From assembly GCF_022539665.2 (NCBI RefSeq), contig NC_081331.1, positions 6,076,001-6,140,000 of the forward strand: 64,000 nucleotides of DNA, given 5' to 3'. The position numbers and the translations under genes were made by a program. The number at the start of each line of letters is the position of its first letter. The first letter of the stretch is position 1. The stretch comes from Daphnia carinata (lineage: Eukaryota). The notes under the pieces are model-generated. The model ran no database searches and had not been told where the DNA came from. It worked only from the letters and a program-made list of their open reading frames with translations. This document shows positions 54,103 through 64,000 of this stretch, in pieces.

Positions 54103-57100
54103 TTAAAAAACAATAATTTTGTCGATCCATTCACGGAATTCGCTAATCCTAGTGTAGACACCGGGTTGATTGGCCTCGGCACACCCAATCCCCCATGAAA
54201 TGACACCCGCCAGCACCCAAGACTGTCCCTCTTGAATGACCATGGGTCCGCCACTGTCACCCTGTTCGATTGCAAGAAACAAAAATAGATTCGTTCTCGT
54301 TATCATCTGCACACGGGGTTTGAAAAATGAAGCGTCTTGAACGGATATACCTCGCAAGAATCTCTTTTGCCATCGGCATATCCGGCGCAAATGAAGATGT
54401 TGGGGATGTGCTCGACGTAGCCTGCTCGTCGATACATGCTCTCACAATCCGTGTTATTGATGACTGGTACGGAAACCTGCTGCATCTTTGATGGTAGAGG
54501 TCCATCTGAAGAGGCAAAGTAATCCATTAAACATCAAACAATCGTTTTTGAATCGTCTGTATCCCCATTTTTTTTAGAAATAAGGAAAAAAAATACGTAC
54601 CTTCGTATAGACGTCCCCATCCAGTGACGTAGGCCGTTCTGCCAACGAAATCGACTTCACTCGGTGGAGGTAAGCAAATGGGAACAATGTTGGGCTGGAA
54701 TCGAACCGGATCGTAGAAACGCAGCAGGGCTAGATCGTATTCAAAAGTACGCGAATCGAACTGCGGATGCGAAGCGACGATCTGCACTTTGCGTTCGATG
54801 TAAGGGTAATCTTCTTCGTCGGTAGCTAGGTCGTACTCGCCCATCCTCAATAGCAAATCATCCGGTTGAACACTGTAGGGGGGGGGGGGAAAGATGCACA
54901 AGTGGACCGCAAAGATAAATACATTGAAATTTTATTATTTTCACTGTTGATTGTTGTAAATAAAATGCTTACTTGTCGACACAATGAGCGGCAGTGATGG
55001 CCCAGTTTTCGTTGAGCAAAGCGGCTCCACATTTGTGCAGGAAAGTGGCCGTCCTCCATTGACGAAGCGAAACCTTTGAATTTTTCATGTCAAACTATCA
55101 ATTAAAACCGCAAACGAAAGAAAGTTGGACTCGTTTAATCCATACCTGCCACGGCCACTGGCCGTACTGAGTTGTCGTCCCGCCGACGATCCTGGCAGAC
55201 GGATATTGGTATTTGGGCCGGCCGCAGACTGCTCCACATCGATGTACCGAGAAAAAAAAAACAGGTTATGTTAATAAGAATCAAAAAAGACACACCGACA
55301 TTGTTGTCTGTACAACTACAATCGAATCAAGTGCATCCCACAACATTTTTTTATAGTTCAACTACAACTATAATACGATTGCGGTTGAAAGTCTACCATT
55401 AAAAATTTGGCCTATTGAGGTTTAATAGGCAATCGTGCGACATGGAAGTGTAGGGAAGCGTTTCATTTTGTAGGGTGCAGAAAATAAAATTTAAAAAAAA
55501 AATAAAAATTCTCTAACTAAATTGGAAGCTATCAAATGAAATTAGCAACCAATAAGAAGGCGATGTTACCGGTTAGGTCTATCGATGGTACTTTCACTTC
55601 CCTTAAGTTAGAAAAATGAAACAAAAGAGAAGTTTATCATTCCTCGCTCTAGAATAAATAGATTTGCAGAGATCAAAGACCGTGAACGATATGCTTAGCA
55701 CATACACACACGTACATCGGCCAGCATGTTTTCAATGATGTTTTCCGCCTTTATGTTTCTGTAGTCAAGCAAAGAGGCCAATCACGACATTCCCATGACA
55801 TTGAACTTGAAAAAGTATATAAATGGGGGGGAGAAAAAAAAATGAGGCGGATAAGAAAAGATAAAAAGACGGAGGGGGGGGGGGAGGGTTGACTTGATGA
55901 AGAAGAACCGACGGCGCTGTGGGCACAGTCCCCAAATAGAAATCCGTCAAATTATACACTACTGTTTTTTACTTCTCATTTTTTTTTTTTAAGACCTTGA
56001 GTGTAACAAAAAAAAAGTCCCCGTTTTTTTTTTCTCTTGAATTCCAAATCTTTTCCATTTAAACCGAAAAGAAACACCGGCAACAGGTGCAAAGTCCCTC
56101 ATTCCCTTCCTTAAGACACAATCAATGGAAGTTTAAAAAAAATAGATTTAAAGACGCCAAACACTTCAAACAAAAAAAAAATGAAATAGAAAAAGAAATT
56201 GAATTGAAAAAAAAAAAAAAGATGTCGAACCTTCGCGGTAATTTTGAAATTGAACAGTTGGTCCTTCGACGGTGTCATTCAATTCGGCCAAGGTCGTCGA
56301 CACGGTAGCCGTCGTCGTTGCGGGTTCTTTGGAAACGGGTTCGGCCGTGATTTCCACAACGGGCGTTTCAGTCGAAGCGGACGAAGTTTCCGGCACAGCG
56401 GTAGATTGTTCCTCCGGAACCACCGCGCTCGATGGCGCAAACGTGACAGGTAGCGTTGAAGTACTAACCACTGTACTAGTAACTACCTCGACAGTTGGAC
56501 TCGCAAGCGTCGTGCTAGTTCCAATAGTTTCAGGCTCAACTGCTGGACCGGCCGTCGTTATCGATACAACCGTCGTGTCCGGAACGGACGAACTGCTGGC
56601 CGTAGTTGGAGCAGCGCTCGTAGTGGCCGGATTCGTAACCAACTCGGTTGCGGGCGGAGCGGGGGCCGTCGTCGTCGTCGTCGTAATGGGGACTTCGGGT
56701 ACAACAACAATACTTGGCAATGTAACAACATCTTCCTGGACTTCTTCCGTCACATCCGGTACAACATCGGTCACTGCCTCTTCTACTACGCCGACGGTGG
56801 TGGTTAGTTCGATAAATTCGTCCTCGGTGGAGGACGGAATGTCCGTCTCGGCCACAACGGGTTCCACCGCCAGTTCTACCCCGGGCTCTAACGAGGCGGA
56901 TGGCAAATCAGTGACAGGTTCTAAAGTAGTGAATTCATCCTGTTGGAGCCCTTGCGGTGTGTCCGTGGCAATAGGCTCTTCCGGAGCCGACGTGCTGCCA
57001 ACGGCTGTTAATTCAGCTGAATGGATTAGGGCAGGTTGCACAATGATCTCTACCGGTGGTGCAGACGACACCACCTTGGTGCTGGGTGAGGCCGTGGTGG

Positions 57101-60100
57101 TAGTAGTGCTAATTTCCGCAATGGTAGTAGGAGCAGGGAGTGTGGAAGTGGAGACAGTAGTGTCTACAACGGTGGTCGTTGTGCCACTCGTGGTTATTGC
57201 GGGTGTGGTAATGGTAGTACTAGTAACGGAAGCCTCTGCAACAACAGGTGAGGATGGCAAATCTGTACCTATGGGCTGTTGCGAACTGGATGTTTGCAAT
57301 GTCGTTAGGGCCGCTTCTGTCGTCGGGACGGACAGGTTCGCAAGGAGGGTGGACAGCGGCGTGGAAGCCAAAATTTCGGCCAATGTCGGGCCACTTGTTG
57401 ATGCGGTAGTTACCGGAGCAGACGAAGTCGCGGTGATGCCCAACGTGGGAACTGCGGGTGTCGTCGAGGGCAACTCGTTCAAAACGTTCGGATGTTGCGA
57501 CGTGATGGACATGAGGAGCGTCGTCAAGGGCGAGGCGGGTGCCAACGGAGACGTTGTGGAAAAGCCGATATCGTTTGCGCCGTTGAAAGCTTCGGTCGTT
57601 GTGGTCGAATGGAAGGGCACAGCATCGGAAGGTGCGCAACACGAGCCGAAATAAAATCGATCGATGCACGTGCCCAAATGCTGGCCGTTCATGCGCGTGC
57701 AATCCATAGCGAACATGCAAGTGCCCAGTTGACCTGTTCGAGATTTACAGGTGATGGGTCGGATGTTCCTGCCGAACGGCGAAACTAAATTGAAAAATAC
57801 AAGATAAAGAATTATTTTAATGTTTTAATCATTTGAAAAATGAATTTATTTTTAATCAAAACGTCTGCAAATGGCGCATTCGTAGAAATCGGGTAACGCC
57901 CTTCTTTTTTTTTTTCTACGTTCAAGAGGCTGCGCGTTTGTGTGGCCAGCCCACGTTATCGTCAGGTACCGTTAAGGCCGTTTTCTTTTTGACCTGCTAT
58001 TGGCCTTGACTTGGTCATTGCCTCCCGTTTCTTTCTTTTTTCTTTTTTCCCAGTGTGTGTGTGTGTGTGTGTGTTGGCATTAAATTATTCGACCCTCCTT
58101 CTTTCTTTCGACATCAACTTCTTTGAGATTTTCCCCTCGGAGCTCTGAAAGACGTTCAGGTGATTCACCGTTTTCCCATTTATTCCCCCCACTCGCCGAT
58201 GGCCTTTTTCGTATGTGTGAGCTCGCAAAAAAAAAAACAAGAATTCTAAATTCAAGTCCAAAACTTCTTCTTATTTTTCTTTGGCTGATCGAATGCGTAA
58301 TGAGGTGCGGCATGTGGGTCACTTGGTCACCGGTCATTCGGGTGGAGTCGCGCGTGTTGCAATCGCCTCCGCATCACGCAATGGGTGAAAAAAAAATAAT
58401 AATAAAAATAAAGTCCCTTCCAAGTTCCTTGATTTCCCTGTTTCGCAATTACATAATTTCCCATCGCCATTTCGGCTCGACCTCGATTGTTCATCAATTT
58501 ACGTCAGACACACATACACGGAAGTCGGCTGCAAAAAAAAAAAATATTCGTCTGTTTTCTCTTCCGTAACGCCTCGTTCTTCTTTTATTCATTCGTTCTC
58601 CTTCCTTCTCGTGTCGCCATGGCTAAAAACCAAAGGAGAAATGGTCTTCCCACTTACTGACATCAAAAATGCGGTTTAAATATTTTATTTAAGGGGGGGG
58701 GGGGAAACCCAACAAAATGTTAACGTCTTTTCATTTTTCCCAGGACGTGTCGAGTGTTCCTGAATTTGGCTGGCACGTTCCAGTTTGTTTTTCTTCGAAA
58801 GAAACGAAAAAATATAACAAAAAGTGAAATGAGAAAAAAGATAAAGGTCGACACCGTCAACAGCCACATGACGACAGGTAAAGAAAAATTCTCGCGCTTC
58901 AGGTGCCCTTCTCATCAAAACGTCTTGCCTACACACAGCGCGCAAAGTTCAATAACCTCAGCCTATCCAGTCTCTCCCCACAGGTTGTCGGGCGAAAAAT
59001 AAAAAAAAAAAAAAAAAAGAAAGACGGTATTTCAAACGCAACTTGAGGCGAAAGAGAACAAAAGGTGGGGGGATAATTTTTGATGACTAGACAAGCCAAA
59101 AAAAAACAAACAAAAAAAAAAACACAGCAGCAGCAATTCAATATATGAACGAAAACAAAAAGAAAATCTTTTCCCTTTTTTCTGCTTATGGAGCCCGTAG
59201 GAGTCCGGAATTCCACGACGCAAAGTCAAGGTGGAAGGTCAAAACATAAAAAAAAAAGTAGAAGCCGCTAACGATGAGCTTCTCATTGGCATAGGCAAAA
59301 AAAAAAAACCCCACAAAAACAAGAGAAAAAGAGCTAAAACTGGAAGTGAAATGGAGGACTAGCGTGAACTGAAGAAAAATGACATCGTAAAGGCGTCGGT
59401 TTGAACGAGGGATAATGTTTCGCTCCATCATCATTATGCAACCATCAGTAGCACGAAAGCATATAGAGTTCAATTATTATTATTTTTTTCTTTCCTATTC
59501 TAAAAAAAAAATAATGAGAAGAACATTACTATTAGAAGTCCCCGGCATGTAACGAACAGGTCATTTTCCATGCACGAATTGTTAGCTCGTCCTGTCGTCA
59601 CGTTTTCTTTCTCCAGCCACTCAGCCGAAAGTTCTAACGGTACCCCCACGAGGTTGTCTTTTAGTTCTTATCAGCTGTAGCACGACGTGTGGTACTCTTG
59701 CAACACATCTTCTCTTCTTTTCTTTCTCTTTCTCTCTCCACTCATCCATAAATACGTGAATAATAATGAGAGAGAGTACCGTCATCTTCCGGCCTCGTTT
59801 AGCGCGCTGATTATTTTCACCTTTACACATCCGACTTGACGAAATAAAAAAATTTCTTCACGACCCTATGACGTCGTCACTCTCTGAACTCAACTAAAAA
59901 TGGCGAAATAAAAAGGAATTCTGGGTTTTTTTTTTTCCGGCAACGCCAGTGTTGTCAAACTGTCGAACACCCGTCCCCGACATAGACGGATACGTATACA
60001 AAAAGGAGTTAGGGTTCATATATATACAAAAAAAAAACCACGAAAAAAAGAAAAAAAGAGAGAGAGAGAGAGAGAGAAAGAGACGTACCGTTAGAATTTG

Positions 60101-60798
60101 GTTTTTTTCTTTTTTTTTTTAAATACCGGTGCGACGCGGGAGGGGAGACCATTGTATAGATTTTTATGCATGTACCGCTCTGGAACGCATAACACACATA
60201 ATGTCAGCGGCAAGAAAATAAGGCACTTTAGGGCTTCTTTCTTGTTTTGGAATGACCTCAATTGAACCAGCTCTATACATTTTGATACAGTACATTATTA
60301 TCTATAGCTTCTTTACGTATCAGTAGACGGTACGTAATTGCCCTAACGTCAACGTTTTCAAATTGGTTTGTTATACATTTTTTTAAAGAAGCGCTCATTC
60401 AACGAGTTTCTCTCTTATCTTTTTTTCCGTGTTTCCACAGCCGAATAAGTCGAATGATTACGAAAACATAAAAATGAAGTCAGACATTTCCAGGTCAGCC
60501 TCAATTGTTTTGCACGACACCGAGGACACGCTACTTTGCGGCCGGCTATTTTTTCCCCAATGCAGACCGCATCGTTGTTTGATTGACACTACACATCACG
60601 ATCTGTTTTATTTTTTCTTACCCACCCGCCGTCAGCTAAATACGTGATCATTTTACGGTAAGGCAGAGAAGAAAAAAGAAAAGAAATGTTTGACTTACTT
60701 GCCGGGTTGATTGATACGGGCCCCGCGTTCAACGGCGTGATCGTGAGCCAATTCAGGGTCACTGTCACCAAAACGCACCACCGCACAGACGCCATCAT
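54103..60798 (-). CDS. Stubble-like trypsin-family serine protease: signal peptide, Cys-rich knot/clip domain, long Thr/Ser/Pro-rich stem, protease domain
   Basis: Exon 1 signal peptide [28 protein letters not shown]...[15 protein letters not shown]; activation site R-IVGG; catalytic triad motifs TAAHC, DLALL and [13 protein letters not shown]. Confidence 0.9.
58033..58053. repeat. (GT)n microsatellite, intronic
   Basis: About 10 GT units. Confidence 0.9.
60057..60077. repeat. (AG)n microsatellite, intronic
   Basis: About 10 AG units. Confidence 0.9.
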
Positions 60799-62312
60799 TG
60801 TGTGTGCTTTCGAACCGGTTTGAATGGCTTATTCTGATCAAAGGTATATTTGCAATCTCCAACTTTTGTTCCTGGATTGACACAGAAAAAAAAAAGCAAA
60901 ACAAATATTTGAAATCCAAAAATTCACGACGAACACGTTGATTGAAGACGTTCAAAATGAAACTGGTTTTCAAATAAAAATGTATGCCAATTCAGTCTAA
61001 AAATCAAAGATTTGAGTCTAAACGAGTAGTTCAACACTGTAAAAGGCATTGCGCGAGCTGTCCAACCCAACGGAACCCTTTCGTTTCTCACGTCCGGCCC
61101 TCTCTCCCCGTTTGGTCCGTTCCACTGCTATATGTGTCAGTTATAACGCAATATAGCCAACCATTCCAGTTCCCGGACACAATTATGTTTTGACAAAGAA
61201 AAGGTCAGTATTTTGTTTTCATAAATTTCTGTTACGTTTTGGCAGCGTGTTGACACATCTTTATTATACGAGAAGAACAATAACATTTCCCACTCTTACC
61301 CCCCGCTGAATAAAAAAAAAGGTGTCTGTTCCTCTGGCTTCTATTTGTATACAAAGAAAAATAAAATAACACTAACAATGATAAAGTGTTTAATTTTTTT
61401 TTTAAACCCGGATTTTCGAGGCTCTCCGTCAGTGATGTTCACGCTCGAATGTCGCGTACACGACCTCTTCATTTAAAGATTCGTCTCGCTCGCACTTTCA
61501 AATGAGTTAAAGTGAAACGTGAGTGTGTCGGAAGAAATGAAGAAAAATGAAATGCAGAAAGAAGATTGTCTAATAAAAAAAAAAAAATCACGACAGTCCA
61601 AAAAGAAAAGAAAAGAGGGACAGCTGGAGGCGCAAGAGTCCGGGAGGGTACTACTCCCGCTCCCCGGTCGATGTCCGCACCGTTTTCACACGCACAGCAA
61701 AAACATAAGTTTTCTTTCTTTTTTAAATGTACACCACTAACAAAAAAAACTGAGAACAGACGTGGGGCGGCCACGACGACGTCGACGCTTCTTTTGAAAA
61801 AGAAGAAACCAACATCTTTGCTGTTCTCAACCTTGAAAATTAGTTGTGGTTTATCTCTCAAGTGCGTGCGTTTGTGTACCGATGGTGGTGTTTTCTCGCT
61901 ATTCTGATTTTACAATGGCTTACGGATGATGCGCGCAATCTATTCTCGATGATGATCCGTTCGTCCCTTTTTTTTTTGAAATTTATTTTCATATTTTTTG
62001 GCGGTCACTCTTTTGTTCGTTCAAATCACTACACGCCCACGCGTACACACCTCTTCTTTAACTTCCGTGACCAAAGTGCCCAATCTTGCACCTTGCAAAC
62101 GTCGTGACAAAAACATAACCACAATAAACGTGAATTTTTTTTTTTTTTGTACATACGATGGCCTCGCGAAAATGATGGCCCCTCGTCAAAAATACGTGAA
62201 CAACACACGAAAGGGAATCTTTTTTAAACTTGCTGGCCAATGGTCCGGGTACTACGCGGATCATTGAATGCGAATCGAAGCCTGAAAGATCCTCTTATCC
62301 GGAATATTTTTC

Positions 62313-62343
<31 letters not shown>

Positions 62344-64000
62344 GAGCAAAGAAGAGCCGGAAGGAAAGATGGTGACGAAGGCACTGGACGTGTACAACAT
62401 TCTAAACGTGAATTCATGCGACGCCATTGAAAATAAAAAACGAACAGAGCGTCTACCCCATCAGCGACGACAGTAAAAAGACGAACGAAAAAAGACAAAT
62501 GAACGCACACAAAAAGAAAGAAAAAGAAAAGTCACATGCAGCTGGCGTCCGCCTTTCAGTGTGTGTGTGTGTGTGTTTGGATGCTACTATACAACTTGGG
62601 TGCACTGGACAGAGTTCACTCACCCTGGAATTTTGGATACGCTGGCCAGCTCGTGTGTGTGCGTGGATGATGCAAGTTCTTCGAGTGGTCAGGCCCTTTT
62701 TCTTTCTTTTCTTTTTTTGGCGTGACCAAAGTTCAATCAGGTCGTTTCCGGCAACACCAGGGCTCACCAGTCGGTTGAAGTAGGAGACTTATAAATGAAA
62801 GGAGGAGCCGGATCAACAAACGTATCCAACTTGGCTCGATCACTTTTGTATTGACTGTCGATCCATCCGCGGCCCGGAGCGTAGTTTGAAAATAAGGATA
62901 TTCGAAATTTCTCTTGAACTTCCAACGAAAAAAAAACAAAAATTTCAGGGAAGAGCCGGAAATGGAAGAACAAGTTGAAAAAGCTTTTTTTTTTTTTGGC
63001 AAGAAGAAAAAATCAAAAGGAAAAAAAATGTGGGGTAAAGGGAAGTAGAAGAGAACGTGTCTCCACCGGTCCGTAGCTGGACACTGACTGGTAAAGCCGA
63101 GCGGTTCGTCCGCTTGCCAGTATGTACTAGGAGTCTGATTTTCCAGGTACAGCTCTTACCTGGCCGACAGGTGGAGTTTCTTCCAACGATTCGGCAAAGC
63201 CCCCCCCCCCCCCCCCCCCCCCCCGGGTAGCGATTTGTCTCTTCTTCTTCTTCATTCCTTTCTTTTCTTTCTCTCTTCTCCATTTTTTTTTTCTTTAGTT
63301 TATTAAACCTTTTTCTTTCTTTTCGCGATGGGAGGCGTCGCTTCTCGAGGAATGCGAGCGGAGAAAATGCAACGGCGCGGAACGGGCTTTTTTTTTTTTT
63401 TTTTTCAAAGTGAAGGCAGTTCTCATCATCGCGATTCACCAAAGGCGACGGAAGCGCATTGATGCTAAACAGACAAATAGCAAATAACAATAAAAAATGA
63501 GCTGTCTGCAAACAAAATCTAGAGAAAACGGCCATTGTGTTGCGAAATCGGAAGGATTCTCCATTACGCGGTTACGTCGTTCTTTTTGTTCCGGTATTGA
63601 GAGAAACCTAAAGTAGTTCAATATGATTATGTCCTCATTCATTTTAGGTTTTTTTTTTTATTAAACAATTCATCAAACGATTTCAAGTTTTTTCGAGCCC
63701 ACATTTTGCAAACATCGGTGAAATTCAAATTGCGAATAAGTGATGTAATTGTTTTGTTTTTCTTGTCATTCTCCATCTGGCATGACGCAAGTTAAAATAC
63801 CCACACTCCGTACAGGATATCGACCTTTGCAAAGGAATTTAAACATTTGTTTTTCTCCTTTGTTTTCTATCATAAATTTTCAGTTTGCTGTTTCAAAGGG
63901 TGTTGATGTCCTCGCACGACTTATAAGCCGCAATAAAGTACGAAAAAAGTTTAAAAGATTGTTAATCTACCGCTTTTAAATGAGACGTTTGCGACTGTAG

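Noticed and set aside
56272..57654. 460-aa Val-rich + strand ORF
   Set aside because: It is the antisense shadow of the Thr/Ser/Pro-rich stem exon of the protease; that codon bias leaves few stops on the opposite strand.
57800..64000. Lys/Phe-rich ORFs and long homopolymers (e.g. poly-C near 63200-63224)
   Set aside because: Products of A/T/C runs in the first intron and upstream region of the protease gene; run lengths may be sequencing-dependent.
1..64000. CRISPR arrays, rRNA genes, prokaryotic operons
   Set aside because: No repeat-spacer arrays or rRNA motifs; all genes are intron-containing eukaryotic genes.

Overview
Eukaryotic, gene-dense, AT-rich DNA with very short (about 55-80 nt) GT-AG introns. 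Gene content and intron size suggest an arthropod, probably a Daphnia-like crustacean (inference). Fifteen spliced protein genes can be reconstructed: a RASD/Rhes/Di-Ras-like GTPase, ATAD5, PIGV, nardilysin, GTF3C5, an ADGRA-type adhesion GPCR, KCTD9, an HPDL-like dioxygenase, OAT, PIGO, LSM1 (absent from the ORF track), DHRS4, TP53RK, PRPF31 and a Stubble-like serine protease. Two regions are not explained by these genes. (1) A 4.4 kb fold-back element at 24458-28826 with about 2 kb inverted arms, a near-identical hairpin-rich inner core, a spliced gene relic, and three degenerate tRNA-like (A-box/B-box) units in its spacer. (2) A GC-rich, heavily base-paired segment of about 500 nt inside an oversized nardilysin intron, a candidate unannotated structured ncRNA. 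Two conserved genes (the Ras-like GTPase and OAT) carry apparent frameshifts that are probably assembly indels. Exon boundaries and helices were read by eye and may be off by a few bases.
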